Part shown: in pieces, positions 18,642-32,182 of the stretch
How the letters are laid out: the number at the start of each line of letters is the position of its first letter
How positions within the stretch are numbered: position 1 is the stretch's first letter
Origin: Mycobacteriales bacterium
GTDB taxonomy: Bacteria > Actinomycetota > Actinomycetes > JAFAQI01
Assembly: GCA_035776655.1 (NCBI GenBank)
Contig: DASTWK010000085.1
Coordinates: 1,141-65,140, forward strand
Reading direction: 5' to 3'
DNA: 64,000 nt
Made by a program: the position numbers and the translations under genes
The notes under the pieces: generated by a model
The model's input: only the letters and a program-made list of their open reading frames with translations
What the model was told of the DNA's origin: nothing
Databases searched by the model: none

Positions 18642-19288
18642 GCACCCGCACGTTCGACTGCACGATCGACGACGAGCGCGAGACCGGCCTGTCCGTGGCC
18701 GCCGCCGCGATCCGCCGCGGCGACCTGGTCGTGCTGCCGACCGACACCGTCTACGGGGTCGGCGCCGACGCGTTCAGCCCGACCGCCGTCGCCGACCTGC
18801 TCGCGGCCAAGGGCCGGGGCCGGGACATGCCCGTACCCGTGCTGGTCTCCTCCCGGCCGATGGTCGACGCCGTCGTCGAGTCGATGCCACCGGCGGGCGC
18901 GGCTCTGGTCGAGGCGTTCTGGCCGGGCGCGCTGACCCTGGTCGTCCGGCACACGCCCCACCTCGCCTGGGACCTCGGCGAGACCCGCGGCACGGTTGCG
19001 GTGCGGATGCCCGCGCACCCGCTCGCCCTGGCCCTGATCGAGAAGACCGGGCCGTTGGCCGTCTCCAGCGCGAACCGCTCCGGCAACCCGCCGCCGACCA
19101 CGATGCTCGACGCCCGGCTCGAGCTCGGCGCCGCGGTCGCGGTCTATCTCGACGGCGGCCCGTGCGCCGCCGCCGTGCCGTCCTCGATCGTCGACCTGAC
19201 CGATGCGCAGCCTCGGCTGCTGCGCGCCGGGGCGCTCGACGCCGACGCCCTGCGCGCCGTCGCCCCCGAGCTCGTGGTCGCGCCGTAG
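18638..19288 (+). CDS. L-threonylcarbamoyladenylate synthase (Sua5/YwlC/TsaC family)
   Basis: LVVLPTDTVYGVGADAF, KGRGRDMPVPVLV, WPGALTLV, SSANRSG. ATGA overlap with prmC. Confidence 0.88.
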   Translation: MSTRTFDCTIDDERETGLSVAAAAIRRGDLVVLPTDTVYGVGADAFSPTAVADLLAAKGRGRDMPVPVLVSSRPMVDAVVESMPPAGAALVEAFWPGALTLVVRHTPHLAWDLGETRGTVAVRMPAHPLALALIEKTGPLAVSSANRSGNPPPTTMLDARLELGAAVAVYLDGGPCAAAVPSSIVDLTDAQPRLLRAGALDADALRAVAPELVVAP

Positions 19289-19297
19289 AGTTTTGCC

Positions 19298-20587
19298 ATG
19301 ACCACGAGCACGCCGTTCTGGGGCCCTGACTTCGACGCTCTGCAGGCCGAGGACCCGGAGATCGCCGGCGTCCTCCTCGACGAGCTCGACCGGCTGCGCG
19401 GCGGGCTGCAGCTCATCGCGAGTGAGAACTTCACCTCACCCGCCGTGCTGGCCGCGCTCGGGTCGACGTTGTCGAACAAGTACGCCGAGGGCTATCCGGG
19501 CAAGCGCTACTACGGCGGCTGTGAGGTCGTCGACCGGGCCGAGGAGATCGGCATCGCCCGGGCGAAGGAGCTGTTCGGCGCCGCCCACGCCAACCTGCAG
19601 CCGCACTCCGGCGCCAGCGCCAACCTCGCCGCCTACGCGGCGCTGTGCGAGCCCGGCGACACCGTGCTGGCGATGTCGCTGCCGCACGGTGGGCACCTCA
19701 CCCATGGCAGCAAGGTCAACTTTTCCGGCAAGTGGTTCTCGATCGTCCCCTACGGCGTGCGCCAGGACACCGAGCTGATCGACTACGACGAGGTCCGTGA
19801 CCTGGCCCGCCAGCACCAGCCCAAGATGATCATCTGCGGGGCGACGGCCTACCCACGGCTGATCGAGTTCGGCAAGTTCCGGTCCATCGCCGACGAGGTC
19901 GGGGCGTGGCTGGTCGTCGACGCCGCCCATTTCATCGGCCTGGTCGCCGGCAAGGCGATCCCCTCCCCGGTGCCCTACGCCGACGTGGTCACGTTCACCA
20001 CCCACAAGGTGCTGCGTGGGCCTCGCGGCGGCATGATCCTGTGCACCGAAGAGCTCGCCCCGCGCATCGACAAGGCCGTCTTCCCGTTCACCCAGGGCGG
20101 CCCGCTCATGCACTCGGTCGCGGCCAAGGCGGTGGCGCTCAAGGAGTGCCTGCAGTCGTCCTACCAGGCCTACGCGCGGCAGGTCATCGCCAACGCGCAG
20201 ACCCTCGCCGAGGGGCTCGCGGCGGAGGGGATGCGGCCGGTCAGCGGCGGCACCGACACCCACCTCGCGCTGATCGACCTGCGCGAGGTCGGCGTCACCG
20301 GCAAGGACGCCGAGGCCCGCTGCGACGCCGCCGCGATCACGTTGAACAAGAACGCGATCCCCTTCGACCCGCAGCCGCCCGCGGTCGCCTCCGGCATCCG
20401 GGTCGGCACGCCCGCGGTCACCACGCAGGGGATGACCGAGGGGGAGATGAAGGAGGTCGCGGCGCTCATCGCCCGCGCGGTGCGCGACGCGGACGGCTCC
20501 GGCGCCGCCGAGACCCGCGCCGCGGTCAACGCGCTGGTCGGCCGGCACCCGGCCTACTCCCGCGCCGGGACGACGGCGCAGGCCTGA
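19298..20587 (+). CDS. glyA: Serine hydroxymethyltransferase
   Basis: [26 protein letters not shown], and [12 protein letters not shown] (PLP Lys). Confidence 0.96.
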   Translation: MTTSTPFWGPDFDALQAEDPEIAGVLLDELDRLRGGLQLIASENFTSPAVLAALGSTLSNKYAEGYPGKRYYGGCEVVDRAEEIGIARAKELFGAAHANLQPHSGASANLAAYAALCEPGDTVLAMSLPHGGHLTHGSKVNFSGKWFSIVPYGVRQDTELIDYDEVRDLARQHQPKMIICGATAYPRLIEFGKFRSIADEVGAWLVVDAAHFIGLVAGKAIPSPVPYADVVTFTTHKVLRGPRGGMILCTEELAPRIDKAVFPFTQGGPLMHSVAAKAVALKECLQSSYQAYARQVIANAQTLAEGLAAEGMRPVSGGTDTHLALIDLREVGVTGKDAEARCDAAAITLNKNAIPFDPQPPAVASGIRVGTPAVTTQGMTEGEMKEVAALIARAVRDADGSGAAETRAAVNALVGRHPAYSRAGTTAQA

Positions 20588-20615
20588 CGGCAGGTCGGCG
20601 GACCGGGGCCGCGCC

Positions 20616-21719
20616 GTGCGCGAATACCTGCTCACCGCGTTCGTCGTGGCGGCGATCACCTACCTGCTGACCCCCCTGATCCGGCGCGGCGCCGAGGCGA
20701 TCGGCGCCTACACCGCCGTCCGCGACCGTGACGTGCACACGATCCCGACACCCCGGCTCGGCGGGCTCGGGATGTTCGCCGGCATCTGCGGCGGCGTGCT
20801 GGTGGCCAGCCGGCTGCCGACCCTGCAGCGGGTGTTCGACACCAGCGAGGTGCGCGGCGTGCTGTTCGGCGGCATCGTGCTCGTGCTCATCGGCGCCGCC
20901 GACGACAAGTGGGGCCTCGACGCGCTCACCAAGCTCGCCGGGCAGATCCTCGCCGCCGGCGTCATGGTGCTCGAAGGCGTGCAGCTGCTGTATCTGCCCG
21001 TGCCCGGCGCCGGGGCGCTGTCACTCGGGCCGGATCTCGGCGTGCCGCTGACCGTTCTGTTCGTCGTCGTCACGATCAACGCGGTGAACTTCATCGACGG
21101 CCTCGACGGGCTGGCGGCGGGCGTGGTCGCGATCGCATCGCTGGCGTTCTTCGCCTACTCATACCAGCTCTCCGTCGTGCAGCACTTCGACCGGGCCGCC
21201 GCGCCGACGCTGATCAGCGCCGTGCTCGCCGGCGCCTGCCTGGGCTTCCTGCCGCACAACTTCAACCCGGCGCGGATCTTCATGGGCGACTCCGGGTCGA
21301 TGCTGCTCGGGCTGATGCTCGCGTCCTCCGGGGTGACGCTCGCGGGTCGGCTCGACCCCAACTCGATCACGCTCCCGGGGCTGTTCCCGACCCTGCTGCC
21401 CCTGCTGCTGCCGCTGGCCGTGCTCGCGGTGCCGTTCGTCGACCTGCTGCTCGCGGTAGCCCGGCGTACCCGCACCGGGCAGGCGCCGTGGGCGCCGGAC
21501 AAGCTGCACCTGCACCACCGGCTGCTGCGGCTGGGGCACTCGCACGCCCGCGCGGTGCTGATCATGTACCTGTGGTCGGCGCTGGTCGCGGGCGGCGCGG
21601 TCACCGTCGCGTTCGCGCACGACCGCCCGCTGCTCGTGCTCGCCGGCTACCTCGCCGCGGCCGCCGTGCTGCTGGTCGCGAGCAACATCCCGCGGCTGCG
21701 GCACGTGCGCAGTGGCTGA
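20616..21719 (+). CDS. wecA: Polyprenyl-phosphate GlcNAc-1-phosphate transferase (MraY/WecA family, GT4)
   Basis: Polytopic membrane protein with GAADDKWGL, NAVNFIDGLDGLA and FMGDSGSMLLG. It sits in the same position as rfe/wecA upstream of the atp operon in mycobacteria. Confidence 0.88.
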   Translation: MREYLLTAFVVAAITYLLTPLIRRGAEAIGAYTAVRDRDVHTIPTPRLGGLGMFAGICGGVLVASRLPTLQRVFDTSEVRGVLFGGIVLVLIGAADDKWGLDALTKLAGQILAAGVMVLEGVQLLYLPVPGAGALSLGPDLGVPLTVLFVVVTINAVNFIDGLDGLAAGVVAIASLAFFAYSYQLSVVQHFDRAAAPTLISAVLAGACLGFLPHNFNPARIFMGDSGSMLLGLMLASSGVTLAGRLDPNSITLPGLFPTLLPLLLPLAVLAVPFVDLLLAVARRTRTGQAPWAPDKLHLHHRLLRLGHSHARAVLIMYLWSALVAGGAVTVAFAHDRPLLVLAGYLAAAAVLLVASNIPRLRHVRSG

Positions 21720-21957
21720 CCGGCCCGACCCCCCGCCCGCTCCGGGCGTCGGGCAGCTGCTGCAGATCGGCGCCACCTGCGGCGTGTGCATCGGGCTGGG
21801 GGTCGCGGTCGGATACCTGCTCGACCGTGTGCTCGGGACCACACCCCTGCTCGTCTTGCTGGGCCTGGCGGTTGGTATCGTGGGGGCCGCGACCGGGTCC
21901 TACTACCTGATCCGGCCGTATCTCGCCAACACCTCCATCGGGGCTCGCCCGAAGTAG
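21712..21957 (+). CDS. Small membrane protein of the AtpZ/AtpI (ATPase_gene1) type
   Basis: 81 aa with two hydrophobic helices (LLQIGATCGVCIGLGVAVGYLL, LLVLLGLAVGIVGAATG). Sits at the head of the atp operon. GTG overlaps the wecA end by 8 nt. Confidence 0.7.
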   Translation: MADRPDPPPAPGVGQLLQIGATCGVCIGLGVAVGYLLDRVLGTTPLLVLLGLAVGIVGAATGSYYLIRPYLANTSIGARPK

Positions 21958-21998
21958 CGGATGCTCCGTTGCGGGGTGCCAGACGTGAAGGAACTATC

Positions 21999-23487
<1,489 letters not shown>

Positions 23488-23498
23488 GCTGACCGCTG

Positions 23499-24059
23499 AT
23501 GCATCCAGTGGTGCTCGCGGCCGCCAAAGAGGCCGAGAAGACCAACAACTTCCTCATCCCGAACTTCACGTTCGTGCTCGAGGTCATCTGCTTCCTCATC
23601 ATCCTCTGGATCCTGGCGAAGTTCGTCCTGCCGCCGCTGAACAAGCGGCTGGAGGAGCGCCAGGCGGCGATCCGCCAGCAGTTCGAGGACGCCGAGAAGG
23701 CGCGGGAAGAGGCCGAGAAGGCGCAGCGGGAGTACGCCGAGGCGCTGGCCGAGACGCGCAAGGAGATCAGCCGGCTGCGCGAGGAAGCCAACGCCGAGAA
23801 GGCGCAGATCATCGACGAGGCCCGGACCGAGGCCCGGCGGCAGGCCGAAGAGCTCCTCGAGGCCAACCGGGAACGGCTCAACACCGAGCGGCAGCAGATC
23901 CTGCTGTCGCTGCGCAACGAGATCGGTGAGCTGGCGTTCACGCTGTCGGAGAAGATCGTCCGCGACTCGCTGCGGGACGAGGACCGGCAGCGCAAGCTCG
24001 TCGACGACTTCATCGCCGGTGTCGGCGCGACCGCCAAGGTCGAAGCCGAGGCGCGCTGA
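23499..24059 (+). CDS. atpF: F0F1 ATP synthase subunit b
   Basis: N-terminal TM helix (VLEVICFLIILWILAKFV) followed by a long charged coiled coil. Confidence 0.9.
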   Translation: MHPVVLAAAKEAEKTNNFLIPNFTFVLEVICFLIILWILAKFVLPPLNKRLEERQAAIRQQFEDAEKAREEAEKAQREYAEALAETRKEISRLREEANAEKAQIIDEARTEARRQAEELLEANRERLNTERQQILLSLRNEIGELAFTLSEKIVRDSLRDEDRQRKLVDDFIAGVGATAKVEAEAR

Positions 24060-24119
24060 TGATCCGTCTGGTCGTCCCGCGCATCCTGCCGGCACGCCCG
24101 TCGCGGCAGGGGAACCGGC

Positions 24120-24944
24120 ATGCAGGGCGCTAGCCGCGAGTCGCTGGCCGCGCTGCGGGAGACGCTGACCGGCGAGACCGCCAGCGTCGACGCCGGCGAG
24201 CTGGAGCGCTTCTCGGACGCGTTGTTCGGCGTCGTCTCGGTGTTCGCGGCGCAAGGTGCGCTGCGGCGTACGCTCTCGGACCCGGCCATCGAGCCGGACC
24301 GCAAGGTGCAGTTCGTCGACCGGCTGTTCGGCAGCCAGCTCGACGACCGGAGCCTGCACGTGCTGCGGACGGCGGCGCGGCTGCGCTGGTCGGAGCCGGG
24401 TGACGTCGTCGACGCGCTGGAGGCGCTCGCGGTCGAGGCGGCGCTGCAACGGGCCGAGGCGCAGGGCGTGCTCGACGAGGTCGAGGACGAGCTGTTCCGG
24501 TTCCAGCGCATCATCGACGCCCAGCCGACACTGCGCGCGGCGCTGACCGACCGCAACCTGCCGGCCGAGCGCAAAGCCGCGTTGTTGCACCGCCTGCTCG
24601 ACGGCAAGGTCGCCGACGTGACCCTGTCGCTGGTCGACCGGGCCGTGCTGGCCCCCCGCGGTCGCACCGTCGAGCGAGTGCTCGACGAGTTCACCCAGCT
24701 CGCGGCCAAGCGGCGCGAGCGGCTGATCGCCCGGGTCACGAGTGCTGTTCCGCTCACGGAGTCGCAGCAGTCGGCGCTCGCGCAAGCGCTGCAAGGCGAG
24801 CTCGGCCACGAGGTGCGGCTCCAGCTGGTCGTCGACCCCGGTCTCATCGGCGGCGTCACCGTCCGCATCGGCGACGAGCTGATCGACGGCAGCGTGCTGC
24901 GTCACCTCGGCGCCGCCCACCGCAAGCTCACCGGCACGGGCTGA
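24120..24944 (+). CDS. atpH: F0F1 ATP synthase subunit delta (long actinobacterial form)
   Basis: OSCP-type C-terminus ([21 protein letters not shown]) and its position between b and alpha. 274 aa. Confidence 0.88.
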   Translation: MQGASRESLAALRETLTGETASVDAGELERFSDALFGVVSVFAAQGALRRTLSDPAIEPDRKVQFVDRLFGSQLDDRSLHVLRTAARLRWSEPGDVVDALEALAVEAALQRAEAQGVLDEVEDELFRFQRIIDAQPTLRAALTDRNLPAERKAALLHRLLDGKVADVTLSLVDRAVLAPRGRTVERVLDEFTQLAAKRRERLIARVTSAVPLTESQQSALAQALQGELGHEVRLQLVVDPGLIGGVTVRIGDELIDGSVLRHLGAAHRKLTGTG

Positions 24945-24993
24945 CCACAGCCCGGCGCCGGATCGACAGAACGAAACGAGGGAGTTTCGCCCC

Positions 24994-26643
24994 ATGACCG
25001 AGTTGACGATCCGCCCCGAGGAGATCCGGGACGCGCTCGAGAGCATCGTGTCGTCCTACGACGCCGGCGCCAGCCGGGACGAGGTCGGCGTCGTCACCGA
25101 GACCGGTGACGGCATCGCCCGCGTCGAGGGCCTGCACTCGTGCATGACCAACGAGCTGCTCGAGTTCCACGGCGGCGTGCTGGGCCTGGCCCTGAACCTC
25201 GACGTTCGCGAGATCGGCTGCGTCGTCCTCGGTGATGCCGAGCACATCGAGGAGGGTCAGGAGGTCCGGCGGACCGGCGAGATCCTCTCGATCCCGGTCG
25301 GCGACGGCTTCCTCGGCCGCGTCGTCGATCCGCTCGGCCGCCCGCTGGACGGCAAGGGCGACATTGCCGCCACGGAGCGGCGGGTGCTCGAGCTGCAGGC
25401 GCCGTCCGTGGTGCAGCGCCAGCCGGTCAAGGAGCCGCTGCAGACCGGCATCAAGGCGGTCGACGCGATGACCGCCATCGGTCGCGGCCAGCGGCAGCTG
25501 ATCATCGGTGACCGGCAGACCGGCAAGACCGCGGTCGCGCTCGACGCGATCATCAACCAGCGCGACAACTGGCGCAGTGGCGACAAGTCCAAGGCGGTCA
25601 AGTGCGTCTACGTCGCGATCGGCCAGAAGGGGTCGACGGTCGCGCAGGTGCAGGCGACGCTGGAAGAGGCCGGCGCGATGGAGTACACGACGATCGTCGC
25701 TGCGCCCGCGTCCTATCCGGCGTCGTTCAAATACATCGCCCCCTACGCGGGGTCGGCCATCGCGCAGCACTGGATGTACAACGGCGAGCACGCGCTGATC
25801 GTCTTCGACGACCTGTCCAAGCAGGCCGACGCCTATCGCGCGATCTCCCTGCTGCTGCGGCGTCCGGCCGGGCGCGAGGCCTACCCGGGCGACGTGTTCT
25901 ACCTGCACTCGCGGCTGCTCGAGCGTTGCGCGAAGCTCTCCGACGACCTCGGCGGCGGCTCGCTGACCGGTCTGCCGATCATCGAGACCAAGGGCAACGA
26001 CGTGTCGGCCTACATCCCGACCAACGTCATCTCCATCACCGACGGCCAGATCTTCCTCGAGACCGACCTGTTCAACTCCGGGGTGCGGCCCGCGATCAAC
26101 GTCGGCATCTCGGTCTCCCGCGTCGGCGGCAACGCTCAGGTCAAGGCGATGAAGTCCGTCGCCGGGCGGTTGCGGCTCGACCTGGCGCAATATCGCGAGC
26201 TCGAGTCGTTCGCGGCATTCGGCTCCGACCTGGACAAGGCGTCGAAGGCGCAGCTCGAGCGTGGTGCCCGGCTGGTCGAGCTGCTCAAGCAGCCGCAGTA
26301 CAACCCGTTCCCGGTCGAGCGCCAGGTCGTGTCGATCTGGGCCGGCACCACCGGTGAGCTCGACGACGTGCCGGTCGCCGACATCCGCAAGTTCGAGCGG
26401 GAGTTCCTCGACTACATCGCCCACCAGCACAAGGGCATCTACGACGGCATCGTCTCCACCGGCCAGCTGTCGGACGAAGCCGTCGAGCAGCTGACCCGGG
26501 CGATCGCGGACTTCAAGAAGACGTTCGAGACCTCGACCGGCCAGCCGCTGGACCGGCCGGCCGAGGCGATGGACGCGGACGAGGTCGGCCAGGAGACAGT
26601 CACCGCCCACCGCCGCCCGCAGCCGCAGCAGAACGCTGGCTAA
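24994..26643 (+). CDS. atpA: F0F1 ATP synthase subunit alpha
   Basis: Walker [33 protein letters not shown]. 549 aa, with a C-terminal extension beyond the usual approximately 513-aa core. Confidence 0.97.
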   Translation: MTELTIRPEEIRDALESIVSSYDAGASRDEVGVVTETGDGIARVEGLHSCMTNELLEFHGGVLGLALNLDVREIGCVVLGDAEHIEEGQEVRRTGEILSIPVGDGFLGRVVDPLGRPLDGKGDIAATERRVLELQAPSVVQRQPVKEPLQTGIKAVDAMTAIGRGQRQLIIGDRQTGKTAVALDAIINQRDNWRSGDKSKAVKCVYVAIGQKGSTVAQVQATLEEAGAMEYTTIVAAPASYPASFKYIAPYAGSAIAQHWMYNGEHALIVFDDLSKQADAYRAISLLLRRPAGREAYPGDVFYLHSRLLERCAKLSDDLGGGSLTGLPIIETKGNDVSAYIPTNVISITDGQIFLETDLFNSGVRPAINVGISVSRVGGNAQVKAMKSVAGRLRLDLAQYRELESFAAFGSDLDKASKAQLERGARLVELLKQPQYNPFPVERQVVSIWAGTTGELDDVPVADIRKFEREFLDYIAHQHKGIYDGIVSTGQLSDEAVEQLTRAIADFKKTFETSTGQPLDRPAEAMDADEVGQETVTAHRRPQPQQNAG

Positions 26644-26646
26644 CAG

Positions 26647-27537
26647 ATGGGTGCCAAGCTTCGCGAATATCGCCGACGGATCCGCTCGGTCCAGTCGACG
26701 AAGAAGATCACGCGCGCGATGGAGCTCATCGCCGCGTCGCGGATCGTCAAGGCGCAGCAGCGGATCCAGCAAGCCCGCCCGTACGCCGAGGCGATCACCG
26801 GCGTCGTCGGGACGGTCGCGGGGCAGAGCGGCAACGTCGTCCACCCGCTGACGACCGCGCGGGACAACCCGTCGCGCGCGGCGGTGCTGGTCATCACCAG
26901 CGACCGCGGTCTCGCCGCCGGCTACAGCGCGAACGTGCTGCGCGCCGGCGAGGAGCTCAACTCGTTGCTGCGCGACGAGGGCAAGGAGCCGGTTCCGTTC
27001 CTCGTGGGTCGCAAGGCGGTCGGCTTCTACCGCTTCCGCGGCCGGGACGTCTCCCGCCAGTGGACCGGGTTCAGCGAGCAGCCCTCGTACGCCGATGCGA
27101 AGGCGGTCGCCGACGAGCTCATCGCCGCGTTCACCCGGGGCGGCCAGGAGGACGGCGGCGTCGACGAGATCCACATCGTCTACACCGAGTTCCACTCGAT
27201 CGCGACGCAGCGGGCAGTCGCCAAGCGGATGCTGCCGCTGGTGGTGGAGTACGCCGAGGACGCGACGCCGGAGCAGCTGCAGTTCGACTTCGAGCCCAGC
27301 GCCGAGGGCGTGCTCGACGCGCTGCTGCCGCGCTACATCGAGGCGCGCATCTTCGCCGCCATGCTCGACGCGGCGGCGAGTGAGCAGGCCGCGCGGCAGC
27401 GAGCGATGAAGTCCGCGACCGACAACGCGGACGAGCTCATCAAGTCGCTGACCCGGGACGCCAACTCGGCCCGGCAGGCAGAGATCACCCAAGAAATCAT
27501 GGAGATCGTCGGCGGCGCCGAGGCGCTGGCGCAATGA
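26647..27537 (+). CDS. atpG: F0F1 ATP synthase subunit gamma
   Basis: REYRRRIRSVQSTKKITRAMELIA ... NSARQAEITQEIMEIVGGAEAL. Confidence 0.95.
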   Translation: MGAKLREYRRRIRSVQSTKKITRAMELIAASRIVKAQQRIQQARPYAEAITGVVGTVAGQSGNVVHPLTTARDNPSRAAVLVITSDRGLAAGYSANVLRAGEELNSLLRDEGKEPVPFLVGRKAVGFYRFRGRDVSRQWTGFSEQPSYADAKAVADELIAAFTRGGQEDGGVDEIHIVYTEFHSIATQRAVAKRMLPLVVEYAEDATPEQLQFDFEPSAEGVLDALLPRYIEARIFAAMLDAAASEQAARQRAMKSATDNADELIKSLTRDANSARQAEITQEIMEIVGGAEALAQ

Positions 27538-27559
27538 CATCAACGATGCGAGGAAGTGA

Positions 27560-29011
<1,452 letters not shown>

Positions 29012-29013
29012 CC

Positions 29014-29397
29014 GTGGCGACGATGAACGTGGAGCTGGTCGCGCCGGATCGCATCGTGTGGTCCGGCGAGGCCTCGATGGTGCTCGCCCGCACCACGGAG
29101 GGGGACATAGGCATCCTCGCCAACCACGAGCCGATGTTGGGTGTGCTCGTGGAGAGCCCGGTGCGGATCAAGCGCGAGGGTGACAGCGAGCTGGTGGTCG
29201 CGGTGCTCGGCGGCTTCTTGTCGGTCACCCGCGACACCGTCTCGATCCTCGCCGAGAGTGTCGAGCTGGCCGAGGAGATCGACGTGGCGGCGGCCCGGCA
29301 GGAGCTCGAGTCGGCCCGCGGCAGCGACGACGAGGCAGCACTGGCGGCGGCGCGTCGGGCCACGGCCCGGCTGCGCACGGTCGGCGAAACCGTCTGA
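29014..29397 (+). CDS. atpC: F0F1 ATP synthase subunit epsilon
   Basis: 127 aa with a beta-sandwich plus helical hairpin pattern (VELVAPDRIVWSGEA...GGFLSV...). Lies immediately after atpD. Confidence 0.92.
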   Translation: MATMNVELVAPDRIVWSGEASMVLARTTEGDIGILANHEPMLGVLVESPVRIKREGDSELVVAVLGGFLSVTRDTVSILAESVELAEEIDVAAARQELESARGSDDEAALAAARRATARLRTVGETV

Positions 29398-29412
29398 GGG
29401 ACTGCCGGGAGC

Positions 29413-29847
29413 GTGGCCGCACTTGACGCTCTCGGCATCGCCCTGCTGACCGTTTGCCTGCTGCTGTTGGCGCTGGTTGCCCGTCGCCGGCTGCTGAGCC
29501 GTGCCGGTGGCACGGTCGAGATGTCGTTGCGGGGTGCGCGTGGACACTGGGCCTTCGGAGTGGCTCGGTTCGAGCGGGACCGGCTGTTGTGGTTCCGCAC
29601 GTTCAGCCTGAGCCCGCGGCCGCGCCGCGAGCTCGCCCGCACCTCGCTGCACGTCGAGCAGCGACGCTCACCGCACGGGCACGAGATCGTCACTCTCGTG
29701 CCGGACGCTGTCGTGCTCGAGTGCCGGGACGGCGTCGACCAGTTCGAGCTCGCCCTGCCCGCCAGTGCGTCGTTGGGCTTCCTCGCCTGGCTGGAGGCCG
29801 GCCACCGGCCGAACCCCTATCTGCAGACACCGCCCCGGGCGAGCTGA
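29413..29847 (+). CDS. DUF2550-like membrane-anchored protein conserved after the actinobacterial atp operon
   Basis: N-terminal TM helix (LGIALLTVCLLLLALV), then GGTVEMSLR...WAFGVARFERDRLLWFR. It occupies the same position as Rv1312 in M. tuberculosis. Confidence 0.7.
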   Translation: MAALDALGIALLTVCLLLLALVARRRLLSRAGGTVEMSLRGARGHWAFGVARFERDRLLWFRTFSLSPRPRRELARTSLHVEQRRSPHGHEIVTLVPDAVVLECRDGVDQFELALPASASLGFLAWLEAGHRPNPYLQTPPRAS

Positions 29848-29875
29848 CGAACAGCCGCGTCACGCGTCCTTGCGG

Positions 29876-30496
29876 TCAGCGGTTGGCGCGCGGCTTCCAG
29901 GTCACGTCGCCGCTGCCGCCGGCTGCCTCCTGGTTCGCGACCCGCGCGAGGATGAACAGCAGGTCGGACAACCGGTTCAGGTACGTCGCCGCGACCGGGT
30001 TCGTGGCTTCGGGCTCGCTGGCCAGCAGCGCCCAGGTGGAGCGCTCGGCTCGTCGGGCCGCTGTCCGCGCGACGTGCAGCAGCGCGGCGCCGGCGGTGCC
30101 GCCGGGCAGGACGAACGAGTCGAGCTTCGGCAGCCCGGCGTTGAAGTCGTCGCAGGCGCGTTCCAGCTTCGTCACGTAGTCGTCGTCGATCCGCAGCGAA
30201 GCCCACTGCGGGTCGGGCACGATCGGCGTACACAGGTCGGCACCCACGTCGAACAGGTCGTTCTGGACCGACGTCAGCAGCTCGGTCATCTCCGCCGGCA
30301 GCGCGCCCAATGCCACCGCGACGCCGATGGCTGAGTTGGCCTCGTCGACGTCTCCGTACGCCGTCACCCGCAGGTCGGTCTTCGGCACCCGGCTCATGTC
30401 GCCGAGCGCCGTGGTGCCGTCGTCGCCCGTTCGCGTGTAGATGCGGGTCAGGTGCACCGTCGACGACTGGGCCTGCTCACCCCTGCGCTCAGCCAT
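29876..30496 (-). CDS. ATP:cob(I)alamin adenosyltransferase, PduO type
   Basis: RIYTRTGDDGTTALGD...DLRVTAYGDVDEANS...NRLSDLLFILAR. Confidence 0.9.
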   Translation of the reverse strand: MAERRGEQAQSSTVHLTRIYTRTGDDGTTALGDMSRVPKTDLRVTAYGDVDEANSAIGVAVALGALPAEMTELLTSVQNDLFDVGADLCTPIVPDPQWASLRIDDDYVTKLERACDDFNAGLPKLDSFVLPGGTAGAALLHVARTAARRAERSTWALLASEPEATNPVAATYLNRLSDLLFILARVANQEAAGGSGDVTWKPRANR

Positions 30497-30590
30497 GCCT
30501 CGACACTAACGGGCGACCCGGGCGTGACCTGGCTCACAGTCGGTAGCCGCGACCGGCCCCGGCGTAGTTCACTCGACCCCAGGTGATCAC

Positions 30591-32156
30591 ATGGTGGTTT
30601 CTCAGTCCGACGCCCTGCGGCTGACCCCGATGACGCGACGGCCGCGTCGCGCTGCCCGCGGGCCGGATGCGGCCGACGCGTCCGTGCGCTCGGCACGGGC
30701 GCAGGTCGCGCTGACGGCGCGGCGTCGGTTGGCCTGGGCGATGCCCGCGACCAGCATGGACGGCGCACTGCTGGTGCTGTTCTACCTCGCCTGGGTGTTG
30801 CCCACCACCGTGCACGCGCCGCACCGCGCGGAGGCCGTCAACTTCGTGGCGTTCGTGGCCTACACCGTCGCCAGCCACGTGCTGGGGTCGATGTGGTGCC
30901 GTGCCGCGTCCCGCCGCGCCCTCGGATGGATGCTGGAGGAGCGCGCGCCGACGCCCGCCGAGGTCCGGCGGGTGCTCCGCCTGCCCTGGACGCACGTCGC
31001 GATCAGCGGCAGCCTCTGGGCGGGCGCGGTCGTGCTGTTCGGTCTCGTGAACGCGCACTACTCCACGCGCTGGGGCGTCGAGGTCGCCGTGACGATCCTG
31101 TTGGGCGGATTGTCGACGTGCGCCTTGGCCTATCTGCTGGGCGAGTGGCTGCTGCGGCCGGTGTTCGGCGAGACGCTCGCCTACCGCGCCAGCGCACAGG
31201 TCGGCTGCCTGGGCGTCGGTGGACGAATGTTGCTGACCTGGGGTTTCACCACCGGCATCCCGGTGCTGGGGATCGGCATGAGCATGCTCGCGGCACAGCG
31301 CCACTCCCGCCTCGTCGGACCGACGCTGTTCCTCGTCGTGGTTGCCCTGGTGTCGGGCATCACGGGCAGCTATGTCGCCACCCGCATGGTCGCGGACCCG
31401 CTGCGCCGGGTTCGACGGGCGATGGGCGAGGTCGAGGGTGGGGACCTCGACGTGACGGTGCGGGTGGACGACGCGAGCGAGGTCGGCGCCATGCAGGCCG
31501 GCTTCAACCAGATGGTGGCCGGGCTGCGCGAGCGCCGTCACCTTGCCGACCTGTTCGGCCGGCACGTGGGTGAGCCGGTCGTCGAGCGGGCGCTGGAGCG
31601 TGGTGCGGAGCTGGGCGGCGAGACGCTGGAAGTCGCGGTGTTGTTCGTCGACATCCGCGGGTCGACGACGCTGGCGGCCGAGCGTGGGCCGGGAGAGGTC
31701 GTCGAATGTCTCAACGCGTTCTTCGACGTGGTGGTGCAGGTCGTCGAACAGCACGGCGGCTGGGTGAACAAGTTCGAGGGTGACGCCGCGCTCTGTGTCT
31801 TCGGCGCCCCGGTCAGCTCCGCGACCTACGCCGACGACGCCTTGCGGGCGGCCCGGGCGCTGCGGGGCCGGCTGCGTGAGCTGACCGTGCTCGACGCCGG
31901 GATCGGTGTGGCGGCCGGCCCGGTGGTGGCCGGCAACATCGGCTCGACCCGGCGGTTCGAATACACCGTCATCGGTGACCCGGTGAACGAGGCGGCCCGG
32001 CTCAGCGAGCTGGCGAAGCAGTCACCGCGCCGGGTCGCCGCCAGCGACCAGGTGCTCGCTCGGGCGAGCGTCGCCGAGGCCGCGGCTTGGGCCGACGGCG
32101 ACTCCGTCGTCCTGCGCGGTCGCACCGCCCCCACGCTGGTCGCGCATCCGCGCTGA
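30591..32156 (+). CDS. Membrane-anchored adenylyl cyclase (multi-TM, HAMP, class III cyclase domain)
   Basis: About 6 hydrophobic segments and a HAMP domain (DPLRRVRRAMGEVEGGDLDV...EVGAMQAGFNQMV). Cyclase motifs are VLFVDIRGSTTLA, NKFEGDAALCVFGAP and IGDPVNEAARL. The architecture matches Rv1318c-Rv1320c. Confidence 0.88.
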   Translation: MVVSQSDALRLTPMTRRPRRAARGPDAADASVRSARAQVALTARRRLAWAMPATSMDGALLVLFYLAWVLPTTVHAPHRAEAVNFVAFVAYTVASHVLGSMWCRAASRRALGWMLEERAPTPAEVRRVLRLPWTHVAISGSLWAGAVVLFGLVNAHYSTRWGVEVAVTILLGGLSTCALAYLLGEWLLRPVFGETLAYRASAQVGCLGVGGRMLLTWGFTTGIPVLGIGMSMLAAQRHSRLVGPTLFLVVVALVSGITGSYVATRMVADPLRRVRRAMGEVEGGDLDVTVRVDDASEVGAMQAGFNQMVAGLRERRHLADLFGRHVGEPVVERALERGAELGGETLEVAVLFVDIRGSTTLAAERGPGEVVECLNAFFDVVVQVVEQHGGWVNKFEGDAALCVFGAPVSSATYADDALRAARALRGRLRELTVLDAGIGVAAGPVVAGNIGSTRRFEYTVIGDPVNEAARLSELAKQSPRRVAASDQVLARASVAEAAAWADGDSVVLRGRTAPTLVAHPR

Positions 32157-32182
32157 TCCGACCGCCCGGCTGCTCAGACTGC

